A stretch of DNA of 63,929 bases, filler included, from Aduncisulcus paluster (GCA_024181965.1; 9 parts of 9 records of this genome joined end to end with filler, not necessarily neighbours in it), one strand, 5' to 3'. Shown: positions 24,622 through 37,590, counted from the whole stretch's first letter. The notes: generated from the letters alone by a model not told the origin. Made by a program: numbers and translations.

Positions 24622-25327
24622 ACTAAATTGAATTATTCTTCAAATGATAATTAATAGTGATAATAAAGACACTAAAACAAATATAAGTTAACTAATGTAC
24701 ACAAGGAAAAAATTATGGCCTCTGATAAACTATGCCTTTCCCCCCAAAAGGCACCGTGCCTTTTACAAGTGACTTGTTCATTTCGGAAGTTATATGTCGG
24801 CCGTAGAGGATTCAATATATAATAATCATAAATAAAAACATGATTGCACATACAAAATAGGTTTGATACCTGTTGTGTAAGCAAATATTGAGCCATAAAA
24901 TGACATTTTTTATTCTGGAGCAATGTAAGGTAGGATAACATAATATGCATATTTGAAGGTTTTATTATTTAAGTTAAAAGAAAATTCCATACTTATTTTC
25001 CACTTGGATGCTTATTTATAAGTTCTTGGGAAATCATGATTAATTTATGAAATTCAGCTATAAAATAAAATTGAACACTTTAAATGAAAACGACGCTCAG
25101 GGATTGATGATATTCAAAAATATAAAGAATAGAGTATCTCTATATCAGCAGGAATTGATGATTTAAAAAATATATTTGCTAAGATTCACTATATCCTCGA
25201 TTAAAAATATAAAGTTGTGTATAGAACCATGTGATAAATGTTATTAACCTTAAAAAATGCCAATATTAGAGATGCATAAAAAGATTCAACAATGTTCTCT
25301 ATTTGGCTGATACCTTTTAAAAAAAAA

Positions 25328-26082
25328 ATGTTGGGAGCCGGTGGTAAAGGTAAAACCTCTTTGGGTGGTAAAGGTGGTATCACATTAGGTGGAAAGGGAG
25401 GTTTATCATTAGGTGGTAAAAAGAGTTCTTCTGCCAATGGTAAAGGTGGTATCTCATTAGGTGGAAAGGGGGGTTTATCGTTAGGAGGTAAAAAAGGACC
25501 ATCCACCAGTGGTAAAGGTGGTATCTCATTAGGTGGAAAGGGAGGTCTCTCTCTGGGTGAACCTGCAACAAAATCTGCTGAAGTTGATTCTTCAGCCCAA
25601 GAAAAAGGAGGTATCACATTGGGTGGTAAAGGAGGCTTGTCGTTAGGTGGTACTCCCGCTTCTACCAAGAAAACTGAAGATAAGGCCCCAATGCCTATGG
25701 GTGATTCTTTGTTGGGAGGATCTGGAAAGAAGAAAAGGAGGAGGATCAGCAAGGAGAAGGAAAAAGAGAAGAAACAAAGAAAAGAAGAGGAGGAGAGATT
25801 AAGGAAAGAAAAGGAGAAGGAGGAAAGAAGAAGGAAGAAAGAAGAACAGAAAAAGAAAGAAGAAGAAGAGAGGTTGAGGAAAGAAGAGGAGAGAAAAAGG
25901 AAGGAAGAGGAGAGGAAGCAACGTGAACTTGAGCGTGAAGCTGAAAGATTGCGTAAGCTAAAAGAAGAAGAAGAGCGTAAACGTGAGGAAGAAAGAAAGC
26001 GTAAGATTAAGGAGGCTCGTAAGCGCCAGTCTGAATACGATAAGAAGAACCAAGTCCATCACAAGGTTAGTGCACGTCAAAG
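25328..26082 (+). CDS. Protein with LGGKGG repeats and an E/K/R charged helix, 3'-truncated
   Basis: ATG 25328. Repeated GGKGG(I/L)(S/T)LGGK units, then an ER/K single-alpha-helix-like tract. Confidence 0.7.
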
Positions 26083-26182
26083 NNNNNNNNNNNNNNNNNN
26101 NNNNNNNNNNNNNNNNNNNNNNNNNNTTAATTAATTAANNNNNNNNNNNNNNNNNNNNNNNNNNNNNNNNNNNNNNNNNNNN

Positions 26183-27273
26183 GCTCGAATAGTATTGTTG
26201 ACATCTCTCCACTTTCAACACTTACCGAGTTGATTACCCTAAATCTTAGTTCCAATGGTATCATTGACATTTCTTCACTCACAACTCTCCCCTCACTAAC
26301 AAGCATCGATGTCCATTCCAACCAGATCTCTGATGTTTCTGTTCTGATCAACGAGAACGAAACGACACTCTTGCCCACCGATGTGTTGGAGTACCTCGAT
26401 ATCAGTGACAATCTGATCTGTGACATTGCTGATGTGAACACTATCCTGTCTTCATACTTCACGAACTCATCCTTCTCCCTTGTGTCCACTGAGTCCGAGC
26501 AAACGTGCATGTGTTCCCCAGTGCCTGATTTCACTCGTAATGAGATATGTTTTGAAGTTGCTGGATTTGATGATTTCTGGAGCATGGATTGTTGGCATGG
26601 TTCTTATTATAATGAAAAATTGGCTTATTGTGTTGAAGCTACTTCTGAATCTGAACTTGAGATCTGTTACGAGTGTCAACAAAACGATCGAATGATTCCA
26701 GTGTTGGAGGAATCAGCTTCAACCATTACTTGTAAATGTATTAATGGTCTAACAGGAGATGATTGTTCCGTTCAGATTTTACCCTCAATGGAGACTTGGG
26801 TTCTCGTTTTGATCATTTGTGGTAGTGTTGCAGTTGTTTGTGTTGTAGTTGTGATAATTGTGAAGTGTTCATGTTCTTCTAAATCTTCAAAGAAAAAGAG
26901 TGCTCATAAGAGAAAGAATGTATCTGGTCAGAATAGCCGTGATCTCCCTGAGATGGAAATGGTTAGTAATCCCATGTTTAGGAAATCACCTATTCCTCCC
27001 CATCAACAAGTTCCTCCACCCCGTCCAGTCATTGAAACTCAACAACAACCAATTCATCCCCAACCTGTCGATATTCCCATTATTCCCACAGGCTCTGGTA
27101 CATTGTCTGGGGATATGATTGTTTCAGACCCATCAATGCCACCCACCCCAATGCCAACAGGACTCGTTGGATCTACTCCCATTCCTGGACATCATGATAC
27201 GACACATGTCCAAGAATATGATCATATGGAGCCTATCATGAGTGGGGAGATTGAGACCATTGAACAAGTTTAG
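26183..27273 (+). CDS. LRR + Cys-rich/EGF + TM surface protein, 5'-truncated
   Basis: LNLSSNGIIDIS and LDISDNLICD repeats, EGF-like CKCINGLTGDDC, a TM helix and a Pro-rich tail. Confidence 0.85.
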
Positions 27274-28059
27274 GCTCACCAAACTCTACATATCCATGTA
27301 TTACCGTGTTTATTTGTATATACTTGCAGTGACTATTAGATTTACACTTATTTTAAATATATCCGATTCATAGATTTCACATGAATGGATTTTTCAATTG
27401 AATATTTCTATCATTAATCTGTTATTAATTAATGTCACTGAAAATATTATCAGATTCGTATTATTTTCAAAATAATATTTCATATAATTTCAACTGTTTA
27501 CATAAACTTTATCTCTGTCAATTTAAGGTATCAACTTTGATAAATCAAAGTGTTTTGTATTTTTGTAAAGGTGAGAAATTTGAAATTTCAAATTTCTATC
27601 GTTGTTTTTTGTACCCATTTCTATTTGAAATTGACTATTGGTCACAATATCATTAATCTTGCACAAACAAAGGTTCAAATTCATTGAAGATTCTTCAATA
27701 AACTTTACTTTTTTCCTGAACGTCGTTCACCGAACGTGCTGCGAAATATTTTTCTGGGCATTAACATTCATAGAACTTTCATTCCAAATCCATGTGAATT
27801 TAGAGTCTAAATTTTAGGACCTGTCCTCTAAGTTGTGACTCAACAGGAGATGAAAATTGGTAAATTCAAGCAAATAAAATACTATTTAAAATTGGAAAAT
27901 TGAACTGGTGATATGAAAAACGGAGAAAAACAACAAAATAATTCAATTCTTTCCTATCCTAATAGGATATATCCTATTAATTCGTAAAATATCAGATATT
28001 TATCGATATTAACCTATATAAATTCCACCAATGATTACTCAATAATCACTTCACCTATC

Positions 28060-29880
28060 TTATTCAAGATCACCTCTCCAAACGCATATTTTGTTATCCC
28101 TACCAGCACTTATGATAGTGTCTCCCTCGTAGCTAAAAGAAGCACAAAACACTTGTTTCCCATCGTGACCTGAGCAAGTAGCTATTAATCTGCCCATATC
28201 GATATAATTAGTGCTCCACACGCATATATCCCCGTCATTACTGCTAGTACACACAAGGTTATCGTGTCCATTGAAAGATATTGAGGTGATTTCTTGTGTA
28301 TGATGTATTAATTGTGACTGCAGTGACCCATCTTCAATAGAATATACAATAGCTGACCCATCGGCACACCCTATTGCAAGTAAAGATCCTGAGAAGGAGA
28401 ATGAAAGGCACGAGATCTCATCGTCCTGTCTTTCTAGGGAATACAACAATTTAATATCGGCGGCTGGGTCAGAAAGGGTTATTTTTCTCTCATATCGTAT
28501 ATATTTAATTGAAGAAATCGAGGAAGAAGAGGAAATCGAAGAAGCCGAGGAAGAGGAATGGAGGATATCAGAACCATCTTTCTCAAATGTTCTAAATTTA
28601 GCACCATGGTGATGTTGAGAAGAAAGATGTGAATCAATATTGAGTAATTTCCATACATGTACGTTATTATCAATACCCCCAGTGGCCACAAGAAAAGATG
28701 GTTCAGCTGATGATCCAATAACACCTGGTGTGATATGAGATATGTGAGATGAGGCCATATTGGGAGAGAATGAAGCACACATAACCTCAGACCCATGATC
28801 AATGTCATACAAAAGTTCTGGAATAGTCCTCGAGATATCTTTATAATACTGCACTGAGTATGAGGGAGTCATGGATGATGAAGAAGAAGAAGAAGAAGAA
28901 GAAGAAGAAGAAGGGGAAGAGGAGGATGAGGATGATTTAGACAATGCTTTAAGTATTGAAGGATCATCAGGCAGTTTAGGTACCTTCCACACCCTTACAT
29001 GTCCATCTAATCCAGCGCTAAGCAGTAAAGAATTGTCATCAGAGAATTCGACAGAAATTACGGAATCATCATGCCCTTGAATACTCCAGATGAGAGAAAC
29101 ACACTCCCTTGAGGCCAATGATTCCAAAGATAAGTCTGGGGAACGCGGACTCGTGATTCTACTCCTTGGGGAAGTAGATACAGCTGCACCAAGACACTTC
29201 TCAACATCCACAAGCCACAGACAAACACTTCCATCACATGCGCCACTCGCTATCAATGAGAATGAGCTTGTAATATTGTGAAGAGAAACATTAGCAAAAG
29301 CAACAGTCATAACTTCAGCACTGTGGACAACAGATCCTCCAATGCCATCAAGACCACCCATTGTAGCGAGGCATTCACCGGAATCTACATTATATAGCTT
29401 AATGGATGCGTCAAAGGAACCCGTAGCCACAAGAGAACAATATGGTTGATTGAAAGCAACACAATACGTCACAGAATCATGCCCAGACAGAGTAGTCTGC
29501 TCTTCTCCGGTTTCAATGTCCCATATTTTACAAACTCTATCGTAAGACACGGTGGCTGCATTGGTAGCATGTTTGCTGATGCAAAGATTTGTCATTTCAA
29601 CATCATGGGTTTGAAAGGAGCGAATAAGCTTAAAATTGGTCAATTGAGGTTGTTTAAAACGTTTTAATAATGATTTTATAATGGTTTTGAGATTTTCCTC
29701 GGTTAAATAGGAACAATATTTAGAATGTTGTTTTATATGTAATAGGACTTGTAATTCTTCTGTAATGGAAGAAACAAAATTCAATTCTATAATTTCATAA
29801 AATGTATCGCCGGATCTATGCTGCAGCTCAAAGAGAATTGCAGCTGGGTAGTACCTAAGAAGGATTTTGACAACCCTCAT
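28060..29880 (-). CDS. DAW1: ODA16/DAW1 outer dynein arm assembly WD40 protein
   Basis: N-terminus KILLRYYP is characteristic of ODA16. WD repeats SYDRVCKIWD, AFNQPY and ATGSFD, C-terminal FSYEGDTII. Contains Ser-rich insertions. Confidence 0.85.
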   Translation of the reverse strand: MRVVKILLRYYPAAILFELQHRSGDTFYEIIELNFVSSITEELQVLLHIKQHSKYCSYLTEENLKTIIKSLLKRFKQPQLTNFKLIRSFQTHDVEMTNLCISKHATNAATVSYDRVCKIWDIETGEEQTTLSGHDSVTYCVAFNQPYCSLVATGSFDASIKLYNVDSGECLATMGGLDGIGGSVVHSAEVMTVAFANVSLHNITSSFSLIASGACDGSVCLWLVDVEKCLGAAVSTSPRSRITSPRSPDLSLESLASRECVSLIWSIQGHDDSVISVEFSDDNSLLLSAGLDGHVRVWKVPKLPDDPSILKALSKSSSSSSSPSSSSSSSSSSSSSMTPSYSVQYYKDISRTIPELLYDIDHGSEVMCASFSPNMASSHISHITPGVIGSSAEPSFLVATGGIDNNVHVWKLLNIDSHLSSQHHHGAKFRTFEKDGSDILHSSSSASSISSSSSISSIKYIRYERKITLSDPAADIKLLYSLERQDDEISCLSFSFSGSLLAIGCADGSAIVYSIEDGSLQSQLIHHTQEITSISFNGHDNLVCTSSNDGDICVWSTNYIDMGRLIATCSGHDGKQVFCASFSYEGDTIISAGRDNKICVWRGDLE

Positions 29881-30376
29881 GAATTATGAATGCAAAAGAT
29901 GGGACTTGGAAGAATATTATTTCTATGGCAAGTAAAATGAAATAATTTATGCCGAGGCACCAAAATAAATGCGGGTAACACTGTCAAAATCGTGAAAAAT
30001 CGACAAGATCACTTTTCAAGGAGCAAAGTGGGATCATGGAACCTCAAAAGTGAATGTAATTTATTAAAATGGACTGTAATCCTATAATTTCATAACAAGG
30101 GCATCTTTCCACATGTTACAACCAAGGATCAACATCTCACCGGTTGCAAACGATGAAACAAATGGAGAAAGCTATGGAATCATGGGAATTTGGTAATGAA
30201 AATGTGATTTGGTGGAGCAATCTATAGATTTGAAAGTGTGATTCCAAGATGAAATAAATCATGCTCTTTGGAGTCCAATGTTACAGTTATCATCATTTAT
30301 TGTATGTGTTTTTGCATTTAGTTATTCTATTATTTTAATTTTTTGCCTGTACTTTTAAATTAACATCTCATTTCCC

Positions 30377-31228
30377 TTGATTGTTTTGTTTGTGAAGGCT
30401 AATGGTTCAATAGATGAATCCTCCCAAATATCAGGGATCAATGCAATGATGTTAGATATTAACCACTCAAAAAAGACGCTTGATCAGATTAAAATTGGAA
30501 AGCTTGACGATGATGGAAACATTTATATTTGTGATGTATTTCATCCTATTATTGCCGAAATTAAGAAGGAAAAACATAACGATTGGGACAAAATAATTAA
30601 ATTTATTCAATATGCACAGAAAAAAGCGTCGTCGTCGTTCCCCTTTTATTTATGTGGAATAGTGAATGTCTTCCTTTCGGATCATTCGAAACATATTCCT
30701 AATAATGTCATAACCACTATTATAAATGGAATATGCGATGGCGGAAAGCGTGATATATCGAAAGTATCGACTAGTCCAAGTTCTAGGACGCTCCTTATAC
30801 TTCAAGTTCTTCGTTCAATAATTATAATTCAAGAATCAATCGATATAACACCTTCTCAACGACAACGACTTGAAAACAGTTTTATTGCTCTTGCCAAAAG
30901 TCTAAAACTCATATCTTACCTTGAACAACATAAAATCCTTCATGATATGGCGTCATTCAATCCGCTTCGGAAAGTTGAGAGTGCTCCAGCAAGCTTATCA
31001 AAATGGACTTCCTTATTCGGACCCGTCAAACGTCGTGTTTCTGAAGATAAATCAAAGTTTCGGCATATTCTTGTCAATTCTGTTGAAACTCTCAAGGACC
31101 TTGTTCAGTCACTCGATATCACTGAAGATAAAGAGGAAGATATAGATGAAGGTGTGCATTTTGGTGGATTTCAGGGCGAAGAAGAGGAAGAAGAGGAAGA
31201 AGAGGAAGAAGAAGAGGGAGAGAAATAA
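30377..31228 (+). CDS. Hypothetical protein with an acidic tail; last exon of a probable multi-exon gene starting near 30037
   Basis: 283-aa open frame, GTATGT donor near 30302 and a poly-E C-terminus. Confidence 0.5.
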   Translation: MIVLFVKANGSIDESSQISGINAMMLDINHSKKTLDQIKIGKLDDDGNIYICDVFHPIIAEIKKEKHNDWDKIIKFIQYAQKKASSSFPFYLCGIVNVFLSDHSKHIPNNVITTIINGICDGGKRDISKVSTSPSSRTLLILQVLRSIIIIQESIDITPSQRQRLENSFIALAKSLKLISYLEQHKILHDMASFNPLRKVESAPASLSKWTSLFGPVKRRVSEDKSKFRHILVNSVETLKDLVQSLDITEDKEEDIDEGVHFGGFQGEEEEEEEEEEEEEGEK

Positions 31229-31520
31229 TTGAAATCTGGCGTTTGGGGTTAGTTTTATGCCTTAATTCATAAGATTTATTGAGATGTAAAATGGAGATTG
31301 AACTCTTTTCCGTTCGTTGGATGATGATTTCCTATGTTTGTCTGAATGATCCAATTTGCTGAATAAAATGCATGACCTATTTAATAATATTACTTATATT
31401 GCAATTTAATTAAAATTATTGTTGCGTTCTAAATGACAACTTCATATTTTTTATTTTACTCTTTTTGTACTTGATTCGAGACGATTACCGAATATTTTTA
31501 CTTCGCAAAGATTATATTAG

Positions 31521-33844
31521 ATGGCTATCTCTTCGTTGTCTCACATTTTTGTCGGAAATATATTCCCAATCGTGAAGAATGATACATTTACTGTTTCTCG
31601 GGCTAATTCTTTAGCGTCTTTTGGATTTACTTTGGTAAAATGTCTCTTAATTCTTTTATTATTTATTTTTATATTTGTTTCCATCTGTTTTAATTACTTT
31701 CATGATCTCACCGATCCTTCAGAAATCTGTTTGTGTGTTTTTTCTTCAACTTTTTCACACAAAAACTCTGTTTTATTTATATCTCAAGGTGTATACTCTG
31801 ACTATTATACCGATATCTCTGTTAGAGACGGCCATAATGGTAGTGAACAAATCCCAAGTCATGTTTGCTCAAATAGTGCATTAACATTTCCCCTGTGGCG
31901 CCTTTCTCTCGTTTTTAAAACCTTTTCAAAAGTCCTTACTTCTGTTTCAGGCCTTATTACATCTATTTGCTTGCTGTTTATCTTTTGCTCGAACAAATCG
32001 TCATATAAGACCTATAATTTCTCCCTTCTCCCTTTCATTTTCTTCTTAATCCCCTTCTGTTCAATTATTATTCCCGTTCTCTCACTCTCTTCGTCATTTC
32101 CAACACTCAATGACATTTCAAGTTCAAAATCAACTTCTGGCTACTTTGACTATGAGTTTGAGATGGACGACGATCTTTTCGCCTCTGTTGGATTGAAAGA
32201 CCCTGCTTCTTCATATTTTGAGGTTGATATTCCCGATTCAAATCTGAGAGAATTGATTTGTACAAATGGTCTCGGTGATTCTAATTCTGCATGTATACCC
32301 ACAGAATTCGACATGGCTTCCATCACTTTTGATGATCACCACGATAATATTCTTGCATGTGAGGACTGTTCTATAACAGATCTTGAAGGGTTCCAATATT
32401 TGATTAATATTCCTGCTATTTCGCTGATAAATAATAGCATCACATCTGTGTTACCAGTGTCACAACTTAAACAGCTAGTGCATATAAGGATCTCCGGGGA
32501 TAATGATATTCCAGTTCTGTATGACATCAATTCTTCAGATTTCTACAAATTACATCGATTGAGATTCGCTATTTTGAGAGGAAATCCCAATTTTTATGAC
32601 ATTTCTGTATTTTATCGGAATATCTTAATGTATAATTTTGATATAGCCGCTTCCGCCGATTCTGTATTTTCCCCTCTTTGTAGGGCTGAAGAGGATTCTG
32701 ATTATTGGACGTATTTTACTCAAATATTCCCCATTCATCGTTATTCACCACAGAAAGAGCAATTTTTCCTGCCCAATAATTGTTCCCTTAATGATACTCC
32801 TGGAAGCACTCCCTATAACTGTGATCTTACAACACATCCTGATGATTGTCCTTCCCTAATCCTTAATGAAGTGTACAACAGTGTTGATAATGTCAAACAG
32901 TGTTCATTCATTGCCAAATCTGCGGATGGTAAGTGTTATACGATTCATGATACCGTTCTCCGTGCATATTTATCGACGACCTGTCTTAGTAGTATTGATA
33001 TAAACGATGGAGTGATTAGTATTGCCTCACTAAGGAGTTCTTTCGGTTGCTCCTCCCTTGATCTCTCTGTTATCTTCCCATCTTCTGTGAATTCCCTTAC
33101 GACTCTCCAAGGACTTGAATATGCCCAGGGTGTCGATTCTAGTAACAATTCAAAGGGATTAACAGTCTTGAGCATTAACGGGTATGACTTGAGTGGAGAT
33201 ATCAATGACAATGCTGAGTATGACAAGTTGGTCGTTCAGATCTTATCCAAGACCGTATCATATGGTCCTGCTCAAACAGGTCTCACATCACTTTCTGCAA
33301 GTAGTTGTGGCCTGAGTGAAATCAGTGATGTGCTTGACTTGACTCCCCCTATAGCTAATTATTATGTTGATGGCATGACTATTTCAACCCCTCTTTTTAA
33401 ACTCACATCACTTGATATCTCGGATAATAATATCTCTGATGTATCTGTTCTCATCACATCTGATTTGTTTTCAAGTGCTGTTTTGACAACCCTTGATATC
33501 AGCAACAACTCTATCTGTGATATTGAAGGAATGGTGGGTGAGTTATCAACTTATTTTGGAGCTGGTTTGAGTTCGATCACTTACTCTGACCAAACATGTC
33601 ACTGCACTGCATCTGTGTCTTCTTCTGACCACCAAGTGTGTCGAGAAGTGTATCCCGATCGTTGGGCCGTTGAGTGTTGGAATGGGTACTATCTTGACAA
33701 AGCCAGTGGAGAGTGTCTTGAGGTATGTGCAAGTGGTTATGAGCTTGATTCTCCAACTGGAACCCCGCCATATTCATGCACAACCGCTGCTTCAGATGTT
33801 GATGATTCTATTCGTCTCCAAGTATGTGAAAGACATTCAAACAT
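31521..33844 (+). CDS. LRR/Cys-rich membrane or surface protein, 3'-truncated
   Basis: N-terminal hydrophobic segments, IPDSNLR internalin-like cap, ITDLEGFQYL, LTSLDISDNNISDVS and a Cys-rich tail. Paralogous to the gene at 26183-27273. Confidence 0.85.
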
Positions 33845-33944
33845 NNNNNNNNNNNNNNNNNNNNNNNNNNNNNNNNNNNNNNNNNNNNTTAATTAATTAA
33901 NNNNNNNNNNNNNNNNNNNNNNNNNNNNNNNNNNNNNNNNNNNN

Positions 33945-35603
33945 TCCCACTTCTTGTTCCATTATTGGTCTTTTCGATCTTTCGATCAAATTCTGACGTC
34001 GATTCTGTTCGCCGCCGAGCTTCTTCTTCCTCTTTTTCCATTTGAATTCGTTTCATTTCCAACCTCTCCTTTTCTTTCCTTTCTTTTTCTCTTTGTGCTT
34101 GTTCTCTCCTTCTCCTTTCTTTGTCTCGCCTCTCCTTCTCCCTCCGCTGGGAAGAGGAGGAAGAGGAGGAGACTGTGCTTCTTGGTGCAACAATTGAATC
34201 TGACGTAAAGCCATAGGAATAACTCATTCGGGACACCCTCCCACGACTCATGCTTCGACCTTTCTCACGTCGCACGCGAAGATGCTTCTTGTCCTCTTCT
34301 TCCTTCTTCCGGAGCTCTTCTTCTTGTTTCTTTTGCTTCTTTTCCTCCTGCTCTTGAAGCCAATTATCTTCAAAATCCCATCTCCACTCAGATAAATTTG
34401 ACGCCATTCCTCGAGCAAATCCTCTTTCAAGCAGGGCATCAGACAACCGTTTGGCCTCATCTTCAAGGGTCTCACGAGAATAGTCGAGCTTGATGGAATC
34501 AGAAGAATAGCTTTGGGAAGACGCAACCGAAGAAGCTCTAGAACGCTGACCTGCCCTTTCTCTCTCCTTGGCTTTGTGCTCTCGTTTCATGCGGTCAAGT
34601 TGACCAAGCATTCCTCTCTGGCCTAGCAATTGGATGAGGACTTGCCGACTCCCTGCTCTTCTTACAAAGGGAAGGGAGAGGAGTTCGGCCGCAGAAGGTC
34701 TTGACGAGGGATCTTTCTGCAAACACAATGAGATAACATTCACCAATTCAGGGGAAATGTCATCTACAACAACAATGGGGGAAAGGAGGAGGAGGAGGAG
34801 GAGGAGGATGAGACAGTGTTGTTTGATGTTGAGGAGACGAAAGACATGGAGGTGCCAGCTGAGAGTGTCCCTGAAAAACCTCTTGTTTGGACACTCCCTT
34901 TTGATGAACTTACAGGCGACTTACTGCTCACTCGTGGACAAGGAGCAGTAGGAATAACATCAATCACGCATTGAGGAGGGAGATCGGCATGAGGGACATT
35001 TCCAGTAATCATTTCAAATATTGTAATACCTAAACTCCATATATCAGCTTTTGTATCGTATGAATGACCACCCGCAACTTCTGGAGCCATATAATAAACT
35101 GTACCAACTGGTCCTTTGAGGGGAAGATGTGGACGAAGGAATGTAGAAACTCCCATATCACATATTTTTGCATATCCTTGTGAAGATAACAATATATTAC
35201 TACTTTTTATATCACGATGAACAATTCGATTTGAATGAAGAGCATTGAGCCCAATTAACAAAGATCGGGTAATAACTGCAACTGCAGCTTCTGGAAGAGC
35301 TCCCCCATTGGTTAATAATGTCGTAACTGATCCAGCATCCATATATTCCATAACTAGAGCTAATACATACTCTGATACTGCTGATCCATAATATTCAACA
35401 ATGGAGGGGGACTTTATCTCCAATAAAAAGCTAACTTCTCGAACAATATCGTCACCATCGTCACTAACTTGCCCTGTATCAATCATTTTCAAAGCAACAT
35501 ACTTTCCCGACAATCTATCTTGAGCTAGTTTAACTTTTCCATAGGCTCCTGTACCTAAGTCACCTATAATGAGGAGTTCTCCTCCCTTATATGTTCGAGG
35601 CAT
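33945..35603 (-). CDS. STE20/MST-family kinase with an apparent frameshift near 34790; 3'-truncated
   Basis: GTGAYG, VALK, MEYMDAGS, HRDIKSSN, GTVYYMAPE and DIWSLGIT. Subdomain XI (CLQKDPSSRPSAAELL) lies in a different frame after a (TCC)n tract. Confidence 0.85.
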
Positions 35604-35910
35604 GCAAAACGAAGCAGTTTATGTTTCTTCTTGTATGAAGGCTTTCCCATCATCTTATTCGACTCCAAGGCAATGATGTAAACATAATAACGAATCTCAA
35701 AGATTTATAGTTGTTATAAATATGCTGTTCAAACGGAGATGGGTTTATGCCGAATACTTTGATATCTATTGATTTATATTGCATCAATGTTATTTCATTA
35801 TCATGTTAAAAATGATTTCTGCTTCTAGATATTTGATTGAGGCAGTAGTTTCTTGGATTGAAAAAAACTGAAAAAGGAAGACCATTTTTTGTGTGGTCCA
35901 TTAAAAAGTC

Positions 35911-37392
35911 ATGCTTCCTTCCTTAACAAAAGACTCATTTTCATCACTTTTACGGTGCGCTTCTTCAGGAATTACGGCTTCTTCCTTCAAACACCCATAC
36001 TTGAATCATACTGCTGTCTCAAGGGCTAGAGCTTTCGAAGAAATTGGAATTAAGACAATTGATGAATTATTTGAAGATATTCCAGCTGAATATCGGGTAA
36101 AAGATGACTTGAAACTTGGTGCTCCTATGAAGGAAGCTGATGTCGTTGCTCACATGACTTCTCTCTCCGAGCAAAACCTAACCGCTTCAAAATCTAAAGG
36201 ATTCTTCCTTGGAGCTGGGGCCTATCGCCATTATTTCCCTCTTAATCTTGCTCATATTTTCTCTAGAACTGAATTCTTGACTGCTTACACTCCCTACCAA
36301 CCTGAGGTCTCTCAAGGAACTCTCCAGGGTTTATTCGAGTATCAAACATATATTAAGCGCATTACTGGGCTTGATGTTGCCAATGCTTCCCTCTATGATG
36401 GTGCCACTGCCACCGCTGAGGCTGCTCTCATGGCTTGTCGTTGTACTAGACGTAAGGAGATTCTCTTTGCCCGTAGCAACCTTCACCCCCATTATGCTGA
36501 GGTTGTTGAAACTTATGCCAAGCACAACCCATCTGCGATCACCATCATCGGTGAACAAGGACACGTCGATGGTAAGAAGACTCTTCGTTCCTTATGTGAT
36601 GAAGTTAAGGTTCGTGGAAAGAAGGTGGCTGCCGTTCTTGTTCAGACTCCTGATATCCTTGGAAATGTCCATGATTTCCGTGCTCTTGCCGAATGTTGCC
36701 ACAAGAATAAGTCTCTTTTGATCGTCACCGTTCCTGAGCTTGCCTCTCTGGGTCTCGTTGTATCTCCTGGAGACCTTGGTGCTGATATTTGTGTGGGTGA
36801 TGCTACTTCGCTCGCCTCTGGCCTTGCCTTTGGTGGTGCCACTGTTGGGTTCATTTCTTGTCGTAAAAAATACATGAGACAAATGCCTGGACGTTACATT
36901 GGACAAACCGTTGATGCTGATGGTAAGAGAGCCTTCTGTATTACTCTTGCCACTCGTGAGCAACATATCCGTCGTGAGAAGGCAACTTCAAATATCTGTA
37001 CCGCTTCTTCACTCCTCGCCAACACTTTCTCTGCCCACATGGCTACCCTTGGTGAGCTTGGATTCAGGGAACTCTCCGAGCGTTGCCATGAGAAGGCCAT
37101 GCTCCTTCGAGAGTGTATCGTTGCCGAGTGTCCCCAATGTGAGATCCTCACAGGTAAAGAGTTCTTCTCTGAGCTCTGTGTGCGTCTCCCAGAAGGTGTG
37201 GATGCCGCCTCTTTCGTGGACAGGATGGCCAAGGAAAAAGATATCTTGATCGGAGTTCCTTGTTCAAGACTTTTCGGAAAGGAGTCTTTGGCTGCTTCTG
37301 ACCTTGATGAGAGATGCATGCTCATGTGTACTTCAGAACTTACCACCGAAGAAGAAATTGCCGCCGTTGTGAAGGAGTTGAGTGAACTCTAA
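35911..37392 (+). CDS. gcvPA: Glycine cleavage system P protein subunit 1 with an N-terminal organelle-targeting-like extension
   Basis: FLGAGAYRH, EFLTAYTPYQPEVSQGTLQ, NASLYDGATA and TREQHIRREKATSNIC. The leader MLPSLTKDSFSSLLRCASSGITASSF is S/L-rich with only one acidic residue. Confidence 0.95.
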   Translation: MLPSLTKDSFSSLLRCASSGITASSFKHPYLNHTAVSRARAFEEIGIKTIDELFEDIPAEYRVKDDLKLGAPMKEADVVAHMTSLSEQNLTASKSKGFFLGAGAYRHYFPLNLAHIFSRTEFLTAYTPYQPEVSQGTLQGLFEYQTYIKRITGLDVANASLYDGATATAEAALMACRCTRRKEILFARSNLHPHYAEVVETYAKHNPSAITIIGEQGHVDGKKTLRSLCDEVKVRGKKVAAVLVQTPDILGNVHDFRALAECCHKNKSLLIVTVPELASLGLVVSPGDLGADICVGDATSLASGLAFGGATVGFISCRKKYMRQMPGRYIGQTVDADGKRAFCITLATREQHIRREKATSNICTASSLLANTFSAHMATLGELGFRELSERCHEKAMLLRECIVAECPQCEILTGKEFFSELCVRLPEGVDAASFVDRMAKEKDILIGVPCSRLFGKESLAASDLDERCMLMCTSELTTEEEIAAVVKELSEL

Positions 37393-37590
37393 GAAACCAA
37401 TTATGTTTTTCATTTGTGAATATGCTTTTCTCTTGTCGACCAGTTTTATAATAAAACATTATCTATCTACCAATGATACAATTTTTTTTACTTAAATTGG
37501 AATCTCGAAGAGCTAACCAAGAAATGGTCAATCACTGATTGGGCTGGCAGCTCAGGCTGGAAGATGAGGCTCATCTTGGCCAAAGAAACG

